Source of the DNA: Lawsonibacter sp. | GTDB taxonomy: Bacteria; Bacillota; Clostridia; Oscillospirales; Oscillospiraceae | Reading direction: 5' to 3' | Assembly (NCBI GenBank): GCA_045579605.1 | Contig: JAZNMM010000126.1 | Coordinates: forward strand, 936-64,935 | Length of the DNA: 64,000 nt | Shown here: positions 1 through 8,845 of the stretch, piece after piece | How positions within the stretch are numbered: position 1 is the first letter of the stretch | Layout: each line of letters begins with the position of its first letter | Notes under the pieces: generated by a model | The model's input: the letters and a program-made list of their open reading frames with translations, nothing else | Told to the model about the DNA's origin: nothing | The model's database searches: none | Program-made: the position numbers and the translations under genes

Positions 1-194
1 TGCACTCTGTTTTTATTCAGATATTCGAGGTTGTGCTGAAGGTGAATGTTATTGGGATCCGCGCATTTAACAGCCTGTTTTTAACAGCGTTGGAGATCGC
101 CTGTGTGCTGTTGCTGAAGTTGATGTGTGACAGGATACGCAAGGGGATGGCCCGTGCAATGGCTTTGTCTGCCTCTGACAGGCGGGATGCATAA
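1..194 (+). CDS. 3' end of a membrane protein (possibly acyltransferase-3 family), truncated by window start
   Basis: Frame 3 is open to TAA at 192-194 (HSVFIQIFEVVLKVNV...SDRRDA*), hydrophobic, and followed by a strong terminator. Confidence 0.5.
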   Translation, partial: HSVFIQIFEVVLKVNVIGIRAFNSLFLTALEIACVLLLKLMCDRIRKGMARAMALSASDRRDA

Positions 195-197
195 AGC

Positions 198-242
198 AAC
201 AATAACGGCACCGACCATTCGGCGGTGCCGTTATTGTTATTT
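198..242 (+). terminator. Intrinsic terminator
   Basis: 16-bp inverted repeat AACAATAACGGCACCG/CGGTGCCGTTATTGTT. Confidence 0.8.
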
Positions 243-274
243 CGTGGGCACGGGCGCGTTTCAGCACCCGGGCT

Positions 275-303
275 GAATACCCGGAAAGCTACGGGGCAAG
301 ATA
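275..303 (+). promoter_or_regulatory. Putative forespore (SigF/SigG-type) promoter
   Basis: GAATA-N15-GGCAAGATA upstream of the small ORF and yhfW-like gene. Confidence 0.5.
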
Positions 304-320
304 GTTCCGAGGTGATGAAC

Positions 321-521
321 ATGCCGAAAAAAGGAATGGCACGACCGGACTGGACGCATACAAAGCCCCGAAATGATGTCTCTCCTGTTCCGGAGATACA
401 GGGCAAGGCAAAGCATGGAAAAGAACCCGCAAAGCCCATTGTCAGCGGCACCGCGGGAGCAGAGCAGAAGGTATACCACAAACTGAAAGGCGACGGTTCT
501 GTGGGAGACCCCCGGCCATGA
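321..521 (+). CDS. Small basic hypothetical protein (66 aa, MPKKGMARPDW...)
   Basis: SD GAGGTG at 309-314, ATG 321; stop overlaps the next start (ATGA). Confidence 0.7.
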   Translation: MPKKGMARPDWTHTKPRNDVSPVPEIQGKAKHGKEPAKPIVSGTAGAEQKVYHKLKGDGSVGDPRP

Positions 522-1837
522 GTTCTATCTGGACCGAAAGCGTAAAGCGCCCCAAATTTGAGCCGATTGGGGCAGACATCAAAACGGATGTGCTGATCAT
601 TGGCGGCGGGATCGCCGGGCTTTTGTGTGCCTATATGCTGAAACAGGCCGGGGTAGACTGTGTCCTTGTGGAACAGAACGAGATCTGCGGCGGGGTGACC
701 AAAGACACCACGGCCAAGATAACCTCCCAGCACGGATTGATTTACAGTAAGCTGGTGCAGGAATTTGGCCCGGAACAGGCACGGCTGTATCTGCGGGCCA
801 ACGAGGATGCGCTGGAGAGCTACCGAAAGCTGTGCCGTGGCGTAGACTGTGATTTTCAGACCAGGGAGGCCTGCGTCTACTCGCTGGACGACCGGCGCGC
901 GCTGGAGCGCGAGATGGAAGCCCTGCAAGCCATCGGCCATCCGGCCAGGTTAGTCCATGCGCTTGCGCTCCCGTTTCCGGTAAAAGGGGCGGTGTGCTTT
1001 GAAAATCAGGCCCAGTTCCATCCGCTGAAGTTTCTTTATGCCGTGGCCAAAGATCTTCCTGTTTTTGAGCATACCCAAGTGCTGGAGCTCAAGCCCGGTC
1101 AGGCGGTCACCCGGCGGGGCAAGATCCGGGCGGAGAAAATCATTGTAACTACCCACTTTCCGTTCTTGAACAAGCATGGCAGTTATTTTCTCAAGTTGTA
1201 TCAGCACCGCTCCTATGTGCTGGCGCTGAGAAACGCACCCAACGTGCGGGGAATGTTTGTGGACGCGTCGGAAACTGGGTTGTCCTTTCGCAATCATGGG
1301 GATCTGCTCCTGCTGGGCGGGGGAGGACACCGCACAGGAAAGGCGGGGGGCGGCTGGGCGGAACTGGAGAAGTTTGCCCGGCGCAATTACCCAAATGCCA
1401 AGGTAGTCTCCCGCTGGGCAACTCAGGATTGCATGACGCTGGACGGGATACCCTACGTTGGGCAGTACTCCAAACGAACCCCTGATCTCTATGTGGCCAC
1501 TGGATTCAATAAGTGGGGCATGACCTCGGCTATGGTGGCAGCCACCCTGCTGTGTGATCTGGTGCGGGGAAGGGAGAATGTCTATCAAGAGGTGTTTTCT
1601 CCCTGGAGAAGAATGTATTTACCCCGGCTGGCTCTCAATGCCGGACAGTCGGCCCTTCATCTGCTTACGCCCACTGCGCCCCGTTGTCCTCATATGGGCT
1701 GTGCGTTGAAATACAACCGGCAGGAACACACCTGGGACTGTCCCTGTCACGGCTCCCGTTTTTCAGAAGACGGCGAACGGTTGGACAATCCGGCCACCGG
1801 TCCGCTGGACAGCGGGCGGGAAAATGGCAAACGGTGA
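518..1837 (+). CDS. FAD-dependent oxidoreductase with C-terminal Rieske 2Fe-2S domain (YhfW-like)
   Basis: GxGxxG (IIGGGIAG); Rieske motifs CPHMGC and WDCPCHGSRF. Confidence 0.9.
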   Translation: MSSIWTESVKRPKFEPIGADIKTDVLIIGGGIAGLLCAYMLKQAGVDCVLVEQNEICGGVTKDTTAKITSQHGLIYSKLVQEFGPEQARLYLRANEDALESYRKLCRGVDCDFQTREACVYSLDDRRALEREMEALQAIGHPARLVHALALPFPVKGAVCFENQAQFHPLKFLYAVAKDLPVFEHTQVLELKPGQAVTRRGKIRAEKIIVTTHFPFLNKHGSYFLKLYQHRSYVLALRNAPNVRGMFVDASETGLSFRNHGDLLLLGGGGHRTGKAGGGWAELEKFARRNYPNAKVVSRWATQDCMTLDGIPYVGQYSKRTPDLYVATGFNKWGMTSAMVAATLLCDLVRGRENVYQEVFSPWRRMYLPRLALNAGQSALHLLTPTAPRCPHMGCALKYNRQEHTWDCPCHGSRFSEDGERLDNPATGPLDSGRENGKR

Positions 1838-1862
1838 GCGGACGACGTAAAGGAACGGAAAC

Positions 1863-1892
1863 GACCTGCGCACACCGCGGTGTACGCAGGTC
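1863..1892. terminator. Hairpin between convergent yhfW-like and sigG genes
   Basis: GACCTGCG-CACACC/GGTGTA-CGCAGGTC inverted repeat. Confidence 0.6.
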
Positions 1893-1895
1893 ATG

Positions 1896-2672
1896 TTACA
1901 TATTTTTTCGAATCTGCTCCAGGGCGTTCTTTTCCAGCCGGGACACCTGAGCCTGGGAAATGCCGATCTCGCCGGATACCTCCATCTGGGTGCGCCCCTG
2001 ATAGAAGCGCAGATCAAGGATGTGGCGCTCCCGCTCGGTCAGCCGGCTCATGGCGTCTTTCAATGCCAGATGCTCCAGCCAGCGTTCATCGGTGTTTTTG
2101 GTGTCCTTGACCTGATCCATCACACAGAGGGTATCGCCGCTGTCGGAATACACCGGCTCATACAGAGAGACCGGGGCTGTGATGGCGTCAAGGGCGAAGA
2201 CTACCTCCTCGCGCTTGATACCAAGTTGTTGGGCAATCTCTTCCAGGGTGGGTTCGCGCTGATGCTGGGCAATATATGCTTCCTTTGCCTGCAGCACTTT
2301 ATAGGCAGTGTCCCGCATGGCTCGGGAGACACGCAGGGTGCTGTTGTCTCGCAGATACCGGCGGATCTCACCCACGATCATGGGTACGCCGTAGGTGGAA
2401 AAGCGCACGTCCAGATCGGTGTTGAAATTGTCGATGGCCTTGATCAGGCCGATGCAGCCCACCTGAAACAGGTCGTCCACATTTTCGCCACGATTGACAA
2501 AGCGCTGGATCACCGACAGCACCAGACGCAGATTGCCCGCAATCAGCATTTCTCTGGCCTGCATATCGCCCTGTTTGACCCGCAGCAGCAGGGCTTGGGT
2601 CTCCTCGTTTTTGAGCACCTTCAGTCTGGCGGTGTTCACCCCACAGATCTCTACCTTGTTGTGCAACAGCAT
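1896..2672 (-). CDS. sigG: Sporulation sigma factor SigG (start ATG 2672 or more likely TTG 2666)
   Basis: NKVEICGVNT N-terminus, GNLRLVLSVIQRF, DDLFQVGCIGLIKAIDNF, TQMEV..EIGISQAQVSRLEK. Confidence 0.93.
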   Translation of the reverse strand: MLLHNKVEICGVNTARLKVLKNEETQALLLRVKQGDMQAREMLIAGNLRLVLSVIQRFVNRGENVDDLFQVGCIGLIKAIDNFNTDLDVRFSTYGVPMIVGEIRRYLRDNSTLRVSRAMRDTAYKVLQAKEAYIAQHQREPTLEEIAQQLGIKREEVVFALDAITAPVSLYEPVYSDSGDTLCVMDQVKDTKNTDERWLEHLALKDAMSRLTERERHILDLRFYQGRTQMEVSGEIGISQAQVSRLEKNALEQIRKNM

Positions 2673-2697
2673 ACCCTCCCGACCAGATACTGTATCC

Positions 2698-2725
2698 AGT
2701 ATCTCCCTGACAGGGGGTTTCATAC
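2698..2725 (-). promoter_or_regulatory. SigF/SigG-type promoter of sigG
   Basis: Minus strand GTATG-N14-GGAGATACT. Confidence 0.65.
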
Positions 2726-2849
2726 TCTTGCAGGGGACAGGAAATATTTAACCGTCAGACCGGTTTCGATGGATTGTTTCGGGTGGGCACGCTGAGGAAT
2801 ATCCGGTTGGTAGGGCTCATAGAGATTTGGAAAAGGGAAGAAAGGGGCG

Positions 2850-3122
2850 ATGAGCATGCACGTGAGGCTGGACGAGCTGCGGCTCAAGGAGGTCATCAGC
2901 GTGGCGGACGGTACACGCTTTGGCTATGTTGGGGATGTGGAGGTGGAGCTGGACAGCGGCCAGATCCGCGCCCTGATCGTGCCCGGCCGGCTAAGGCTGT
3001 TTGGGCTTCTGGGCAGAGAGGAGGACCGGTACATCCCCTGGGAGGGAGTACGCCGGTTTGGAGAGGACATCATTCTTGTGGAGCACGTGGCACTAAAACC
3101 GGAAAAGCACAGAAAAAAATGA
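2850..3122 (+). CDS. YlmC/YmxH family PRC-barrel sporulation protein
   Basis: LRLKEVISVADGTRFGYVGDVEV...IPWEGVRRFGEDIILV. Confidence 0.9.
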   Translation: MSMHVRLDELRLKEVISVADGTRFGYVGDVEVELDSGQIRALIVPGRLRLFGLLGREEDRYIPWEGVRRFGEDIILVEHVALKPEKHRKK

Positions 3123-3130
3123 AAAAGTGC

Positions 3131-3159
3131 TTGCTTTTTTCTTTTTAACGTGGTATTAT
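3131..3159 (+). promoter_or_regulatory. SigA promoter of rplS
   Basis: TTGCTT-N17-TATTAT with extended TG. Confidence 0.75.
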
Positions 3160-3175
3160 ACCAAGGCTTGATAAC

Positions 3176-3240
3176 GGGTGTTCCTCTGCGGCGTGCCGGC
3201 CGAGCGTTGCGCGGCACAATGAATACCGACATGAACGCCT
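3176..3240 (+). promoter_or_regulatory. L19 leader-like autoregulatory RNA structure
   Basis: GGTGTTC...GAACGCC closing stem with GTTCCTCTG/ATGAAC motif in the rplS 5' UTR, as in Firmicute L19 leaders. Confidence 0.6.
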
Positions 3241-3261
3241 ATAAAACAGGAGGAAAAAGAA

Positions 3262-3603
3262 ATGGATATCATGAAGGCTTTTACCCAGAAGCACCTGAAG
3301 GCTGAGCCCCCTGTGGCTCAGGTGGGCGACACCGTGCGTGTGCACATCAAGGTCAAGGAAGGCGCTCGCGAGCGTATCCAGGTGTTCGAGGGTACTGTGA
3401 TCGCCAAGAAGCATGGCGGCATCGAGGAGAGCATCACCGTTCGCCGTGTCTCTTACGGCGTGGGCGTTGAGAAGGTGTTCCCCATCCACGCTCCTTCTCT
3501 GGAGAAGATCGAGCTGGTCCGTCACGGCAAGGTGCGCCGCGCCAAGCTGTACTACCTGCGCAACCGCGTTGGTAAGGCTGCCAAGCTGAAGGAAGCCCTG
3601 TAA
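3262..3603 (+). CDS. rplS: 50S ribosomal protein L19
   Basis: [23 protein letters not shown]...[12 protein letters not shown]; SD AGGAGG. Confidence 0.99.
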   Translation: MDIMKAFTQKHLKAEPPVAQVGDTVRVHIKVKEGARERIQVFEGTVIAKKHGGIEESITVRRVSYGVGVEKVFPIHAPSLEKIELVRHGKVRRAKLYYLRNRVGKAAKLKEAL

Positions 3604-3614
3604 GAAGCATGACG

Positions 3615-3645
3615 AAAAAGCAGCGTCGAAAGACGCTGCTTTTTT
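3615..3645 (+). terminator. Intrinsic terminator of rplS
   Basis: AAAAAGCAGCGTC-gaaa-GACGCTGCTTTTTT. Confidence 0.9.
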
Positions 3646-3670
3646 GCGCCTTCTTTCGTGCAAATTCCCG

Positions 3671-3699
3671 TTGGAAAATTGCCCATGCTGTGATAAAAT
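3671..3699 (+). promoter_or_regulatory. SigA promoter of the rbgA operon
   Basis: TTGGAA-N17-TAAAAT with extended TG. Confidence 0.65.
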
Positions 3700-3736
3700 A
3701 TTGTGAATTGACTGCAAGAAAAAGGAGGGCTATGCC

Positions 3737-4627
3737 ATGAATATCCAATGGTATCCCGGACACATGACAAAGACCCGCCGTCAGATGGAAGCGGATCTGA
3801 AGCTGGTGGACATGGTGGTGGAGCTGATCGATGCGCGTATCCCCATTTCCAGCCGCAACCCGGACATTGACCAGCTGGTAGGGGATAAGCCCCGGCTGGT
3901 GGTGCTCAACCGCTGTGATCAGGCGGACCCGGGCATGAACCGCAGCTGGTCGGAATACTTTAAGGGCAGAGGCTTTGCGGTTCTGGAAACGGATGCCAAG
4001 ACGGGCACGGGGGTCAACCGCTTTTCCCAGGTCATTCAGACCGCACTGAAGGACACCATCGCCCGCTGGCGTGAGAAGGGGCAGGTAGGCCGGCCGGTGC
4101 GTGCTATGGTGGTGGGAGTGCCCAACGTGGGAAAATCCACGTTCATCAACAAAGTCGCAAAACGCAAGTCGGCCAAGGCGGGAGACCGCCCGGGCGTTAC
4201 TCGCGGCAAGCAGTGGGTCAATATTGATTCCACCCTCGATCTGCTGGACACCCCCGGCATCCTTTGGCCCAAGTTTGAAGATGAGCAGACCGGACTGCAC
4301 CTTGCTTTTACCGGCGCGGTGAAGGACGATATTATGGACGTGGAGACCCTGGGTTGTCACATGATGAGCCTGATGGCCCGGCGCTATCCGGACAATCTGA
4401 TGGCGGCCTATAAGCTGGCTGCGCTGCCCGACCGGGAAGAGGAGGAAAACGATATTGCCTACGGTTACCGCCTGCTGCAGGCGGCGGCAAACAAGCGGGG
4501 CATGCGCATTTCCGGGGGCGAATTCGACACCGAACGCATGGCCCGGGTGTTGCTGGACGAATACCGGGGCGGCAAGCTGGGGCGCTTTACCCTTGAGATG
4601 CCGGAGGAGGTGGCCGGGCGTGGCTGA
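3737..4627 (+). CDS. rbgA: Ribosome biogenesis GTPase RbgA/YlqF
   Basis: IQWYPGHM, DARIP.SSRNP, GVPNVGKS, DTPG. Confidence 0.97.
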   Translation: MNIQWYPGHMTKTRRQMEADLKLVDMVVELIDARIPISSRNPDIDQLVGDKPRLVVLNRCDQADPGMNRSWSEYFKGRGFAVLETDAKTGTGVNRFSQVIQTALKDTIARWREKGQVGRPVRAMVVGVPNVGKSTFINKVAKRKSAKAGDRPGVTRGKQWVNIDSTLDLLDTPGILWPKFEDEQTGLHLAFTGAVKDDIMDVETLGCHMMSLMARRYPDNLMAAYKLAALPDREEEENDIAYGYRLLQAAANKRGMRISGGEFDTERMARVLLDEYRGGKLGRFTLEMPEEVAGRG

Positions 4628-5234
4628 TGCCCTGTTGTGGGAATATGAAGAGAAATACCGCACCATGGGCATGCATGCGGTGTGCGGCTGCGACGAGGCC
4701 GGGGCCGGCCCTTTGGCTGGTCCGGTATATGCCGCCGCGGTCATTTTGCCCTTTGGGGTTGACATTCCGGGGTTGAACGACTCCAAAAAGCTCACAGAGA
4801 AAAAGCGGGAGCAGCTGTTCCCAATCATTAAGCAGCTCGCCCTGGCGTGGGCGGTGGCCAGTGTGGACGCCCAGGAAATCGACCAAACCGATATCCTCAG
4901 TGCCCGGATGAAGGCCATGCAGCTGGCGATGGATGCCCTGAGCATCCGGCCGGACATGGCGCTCATCGACGGCAATCGGGACGCGGGTCGCTCAGCCCGC
5001 ATCACCACGCCCCATGAGGTGATCATCAAGGGAGACAGCCGTTCGGCCAGCATTGCCGCGGCCTCCGTGCTGGCCAAGGTCAGCCGTGATCACTGGATGG
5101 AGGACATGGCCAGAGAGTACCCTCAGTACTGCTTTGAACAGCACAAGGGTTACGGCACCAAACTGCATTACGACATGCTGCGTGCGCATGGGATTAGCCC
5201 CATCCACCGCCGCAGCTTTCTGAAAAACCTGTGA
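4620..5234 (+). CDS. rnhB: Ribonuclease HII (GTG start)
   Basis: GCDEAGAGPLAGPV, LNDSKKL, KGD..SASIAAASVLAKV; SD GGAGGAGG. Confidence 0.96.
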   Translation: MADALLWEYEEKYRTMGMHAVCGCDEAGAGPLAGPVYAAAVILPFGVDIPGLNDSKKLTEKKREQLFPIIKQLALAWAVASVDAQEIDQTDILSARMKAMQLAMDALSIRPDMALIDGNRDAGRSARITTPHEVIIKGDSRSASIAAASVLAKVSRDHWMEDMAREYPQYCFEQHKGYGTKLHYDMLRAHGISPIHRRSFLKNL

Positions 5235-5602
5235 GCGGGGCAGAGCGCTGGCTGCTGGGGCGCTGGGGCGAGGAGCAGGCGGCGGAGTATCTTCGCCGAC
5301 AGGGCTACAGACTGCTGGAGGCCGGGTGGCAGTGCCGTTTTGGTGAGGTGGATCTGATCGTGCAAAAGGGCGGCTTCCTTTGCTTTGTGGAGGTCAAGCT
5401 GCGCCGGGATGACCGCTTCGCCCAAGCTAGAGAATTTGTGGACCGTCACAAGCAGGAATGTGTGCGCACCTGTGCCCAGCTGTATCTGGCTCAATACCCC
5501 ACCCGGTTGCAGCCCCGCTTTGATGTGGTGGAGATCTATGCGCCACAGGGGATGCAAACAAAAAAACCAAAGATCATTTTGCTTGAAAACGCATTTCAAT
5601 AA
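5231..5602 (+). CDS. YraN family (UPF0102) endonuclease-like protein
   Basis: GRWGEEQAAEYL, GEVDLI, FVEVK, RFDVV. Confidence 0.93.
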   Translation: MSGAERWLLGRWGEEQAAEYLRRQGYRLLEAGWQCRFGEVDLIVQKGGFLCFVEVKLRRDDRFAQAREFVDRHKQECVRTCAQLYLAQYPTRLQPRFDVVEIYAPQGMQTKKPKIILLENAFQ

Positions 5603-5616
5603 AAGGAGGCGGCAGA

Positions 5617-6558
5617 ATGATCCCCATGTTTGATGCCCACTGCGATACGCTGAGCTACCTGCTGGACCACCCTTCGGCGACGCTGGAGAAAAGCAACGGT
5701 CAGCTGGATTTGGAACGTATGGCGGGCTACGCGCCCTGTGCGCAATTCTTTGCTGTGTTTCATGACCGGGCGGTGACCGGACGACCCATGTGGGAGCGCT
5801 TTACCCAGCAGGTAGCGTTGTTTGATCGGCTGATGGGACAATACAGCAGCCGGATCGCCCACTGCCGAAACGCAGCCCAGGCCGAGCAGGCGGCCCGGCA
5901 GGGTAAAGTCGCCGCCTTTCTTTCTGTAGAAGGGGCGGAGCTGCTGGAGTGCAGCGAGCAGCGGCTGCAGCAGGCCTGCGAGATGGGGATTCGCGCGGTC
6001 AATCTTACCTGGAACCACGCAAATGCCCTGTCCGGCTCTCACAAAGATGAGCCGGAGCGCGGGCTGAGCGCCCGGGGACGGAGCTTTGTGTACCGAATGC
6101 GGCAGCTGGGTATGCTTATTGATGTGTCCCACCTGTCCGATCCTGGCTTCTGGGACGTGATGGAGTGTGCGCCCGGCCCGGTCATGGCCAGCCATTCCAA
6201 CGCCCGCTCGGTATTTTTTCATACAAGAAACTTGACCGACAGCCAAATAACTGCCATAATAAAGGGCCGGGGCGTGATCGGTTTGAATCTGTACGAAGCG
6301 TTTGTGGGCTGCCCGCCCACCGGCGTGGACACCGTGCTTGCCCATCTGGAGCGTATGCTGGAGCTGGGCGGCGGGAAAACGGTTGCCCTTGGCGGCGACT
6401 GGGATGGAGCGGATCCGCTGGCAGGCGGTTTTTCCGATGTGTCCCACTGGCGCACGCTCTATGAAGCCATGGTGCGCCGCAACTACCCCGGTCAACTGAT
6501 AGAAGATCTGTTTTACAATAATATGATGAGGATCGTGAGAGAAGTATGCGATACATAA
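5617..6558 (+). CDS. Membrane dipeptidase (M19, amidohydrolase fold)
   Basis: FDAHCDT, LSVEG, LTWN, DVSH, ASHSN, GGDWDG. Confidence 0.92.
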   Translation: MIPMFDAHCDTLSYLLDHPSATLEKSNGQLDLERMAGYAPCAQFFAVFHDRAVTGRPMWERFTQQVALFDRLMGQYSSRIAHCRNAAQAEQAARQGKVAAFLSVEGAELLECSEQRLQQACEMGIRAVNLTWNHANALSGSHKDEPERGLSARGRSFVYRMRQLGMLIDVSHLSDPGFWDVMECAPGPVMASHSNARSVFFHTRNLTDSQITAIIKGRGVIGLNLYEAFVGCPPTGVDTVLAHLERMLELGGGKTVALGGDWDGADPLAGGFSDVSHWRTLYEAMVRRNYPGQLIEDLFYNNMMRIVREVCDT

Positions 6559-8030
6559 GCACGAGAGATGTAACGGTGGAGCGCACCGCGGCCCAGGCCA
6601 TCGCCCAGGGCCTGTCCCGGGATGGGGGGCTGCTCACTCCGGTGTACATGCCCAAGCTGCCTAAAAGTGCCTTGAGCGACCTGTGCGGTATGTCCTACCA
6701 GCAACGGGCCGTCTATGTCATGGGGCTGTTTCTGGACGATTTTTCCACCAAAGAGCTCAGCGAGTTTGCCGCCCGTGCCTATGGTCCGGAAAAGTTTGAT
6801 ACGCCCGCGGTCGCTCCGGTCCACACGCTGGAGGACGGCCTGCACTGTCTGGAGCTGTGGCACGGCCCTACCTGTGCGTTCAAAGATATGGCGTTGCAGA
6901 TGCTGCCCCACCTGCTGACCGCTTCCCTGACCAAAACCCAGGAGGACAAGACCGTCTGTATCCTGGTGGCTACTTCCGGTGACACCGGCAAGGGCGCGCT
7001 GGAAGGCTTCAAGGACGTGGATCGTACCCGTATTCTTGTATTTTACCCCAAAGACGGCGTGTCTGCCATCCAGGAGTTGCAGATGAACACCCAGGAGGGT
7101 GAAAACGTAGGGGTGTGCTCGGTCATCGGCAACTTTGACGATGCCCAGACCGGGGTGAAGAAGCTCTTCTCCGATGAATCTCTGCGGCAGGAGCTGGCCC
7201 AGCGGGGCTATTTCCTGTCCTCTGCCAACTCCATCAACTGGGGTCGCGTGCTGCCCCAGATCGTCTATTACATCTCCGCTTACTGCGACTTGGTGCGCGA
7301 CGGAAAGCTGGAGATGGGGGACAAGCTGAACGTGTGCGTGCCCACGGGCAACTTCGGCAATATTCTGGCTGCTTACTATGCCAAGGAGATGGGCGTGCCT
7401 CTGGGCAAGCTCATCTGCGCGTCCAACAGCAACAACGTGCTTACCGACTTCCTTACCACCGGCGTGTATGACCGCAACCGCACCTTCTATAACACCATGT
7501 CTCCCTCCATGGACATTCTCATTTCCAGCAATCTGGAGCGGCTGCTGTACGCTGTCACCCAGTCTGACGAGCAGGTGCGCGGCTATATGGAACAGCTCAA
7601 TGCCACCGGCAGCTATCATGTCAGCGACAAGGTCAAGGCTGGCATCGCCAGCCACTTCGCCGCCGGCTGCTGCGATGACGCCAACACCCAGCGAGTGGTT
7701 GGTGAGGTGTGGGAGAAGTACGGCTATCTCATTGACCCCCACACCGCAGTTGCCTTTGATGTGCTGGAGCAATACCGCACCGCAACCGGGGACGAGACTT
7801 GCACGCTGGTGGTCTCCACTGCCAGCCCCTTCAAGTTTTGTGACAATGTTCTGGGTGCTCTGGGTCAGGAGCAGATTGCTTCCGGTCTGGACGTGCTGGA
7901 TCAGTTGACTGATGTGACCGGTCTTGCAGCCCCGGCGCCTCTGTCCGGCCTGAAGGATAAAACGGTGCGCTTCGACCGCTTTGTTGAGAAGGAGAACATG
8001 GTGGACGTGGTGCTGGAGATGTTGGACTGA
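6546..8030 (+). CDS. thrC: Threonine synthase
   Basis: YISTR, ELWHGPT.AFKDMAL (PLP Lys), ATSGDTG, SANSINWGR, VPTGNFGN. Confidence 0.97.
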   Translation: MRYISTRDVTVERTAAQAIAQGLSRDGGLLTPVYMPKLPKSALSDLCGMSYQQRAVYVMGLFLDDFSTKELSEFAARAYGPEKFDTPAVAPVHTLEDGLHCLELWHGPTCAFKDMALQMLPHLLTASLTKTQEDKTVCILVATSGDTGKGALEGFKDVDRTRILVFYPKDGVSAIQELQMNTQEGENVGVCSVIGNFDDAQTGVKKLFSDESLRQELAQRGYFLSSANSINWGRVLPQIVYYISAYCDLVRDGKLEMGDKLNVCVPTGNFGNILAAYYAKEMGVPLGKLICASNSNNVLTDFLTTGVYDRNRTFYNTMSPSMDILISSNLERLLYAVTQSDEQVRGYMEQLNATGSYHVSDKVKAGIASHFAAGCCDDANTQRVVGEVWEKYGYLIDPHTAVAFDVLEQYRTATGDETCTLVVSTASPFKFCDNVLGALGQEQIASGLDVLDQLTDVTGLAAPAPLSGLKDKTVRFDRFVEKENMVDVVLEMLD

Positions 8031-8031
8031 C

Positions 8032-8718
8032 ATGGCACTGTACGCCATTGGAGACACCCACCTGTCCCTGAACAGCAACAAATCCATGGAGGTATTCGGG
8101 CCGGGGTGGGAGAATTACGTGGACCGCCTGCGCAAAGGCTTTGCGGTAGTGAACGAGCAGGACACGGTGGTGCTGTGCGGTGATCTGTCCTGGGGCATGT
8201 CCCTGGAAGAATCACGGGAAGATTTTGCGTTTCTTGATTCTTTGCCCGGGAAAAAAATTCTGCTCAAGGGCAACCACGATTACTGGTGGACGACCGCCAG
8301 CAAAATGAATGCCTTTTTTGCCCGGGAGGGCTTTGAAACTCTGTCCGTGCTGCACAATAACTGCGCCTTGTACGGGGAGCTTGCCCTGTGCGGCACCCGG
8401 GGCTGGTTTTACGAAGAGGACCGGGGAGAGCACAGCCAAAAGATTTTTGACCGGGAGCTGATCCGGCTGGAAGCCTCACTTAAGGCGGCGGGGGAGAGGG
8501 ATAAGCTGTGCTTCTTCCACTATCCGCCCATGTGCCTTGGCTTCCGCTGTGACCAGATCATCGAGCTGATGAATCAGTACGGTGTTACTACCTGCTGTTA
8601 CGGTCATCTGCACGGGGCAAGTCACCGCTTTGCCATCGAGGGAAAACATGGGAATATCGACTATAAATTTGTTGCCGCAGATTTTTTGGGCTTTCAGCCG
8701 GAAAAAATTTGCGAATAA
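8032..8718 (+). CDS. Calcineurin-like metallophosphoesterase
   Basis: GDTH, GDLSW, KGNHDYWW, HYPP, GHLH. Confidence 0.93.
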   Translation: MALYAIGDTHLSLNSNKSMEVFGPGWENYVDRLRKGFAVVNEQDTVVLCGDLSWGMSLEESREDFAFLDSLPGKKILLKGNHDYWWTTASKMNAFFAREGFETLSVLHNNCALYGELALCGTRGWFYEEDRGEHSQKIFDRELIRLEASLKAAGERDKLCFFHYPPMCLGFRCDQIIELMNQYGVTTCCYGHLHGASHRFAIEGKHGNIDYKFVAADFLGFQPEKICE

Positions 8719-8845
8719 ACCCTAAAAACGGTAAATTTTAACTGGAAATATAAAAAGAAATCTGTTAGAATATACGAGTTAAAGCAATTGGCGCGGAAAA
8801 ATGGAAACGAACAGATACCAGGCGCGCCCACAGGAGGAAAAGAAC

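Noticed and set aside
4455-4619. N-terminal extensions in the ORF track (rnhB, tig, desulfurase, asd, sigG, ridA and others)
   Set aside because: Longest-ORF artefacts; SD positions and family N-termini point to downstream starts
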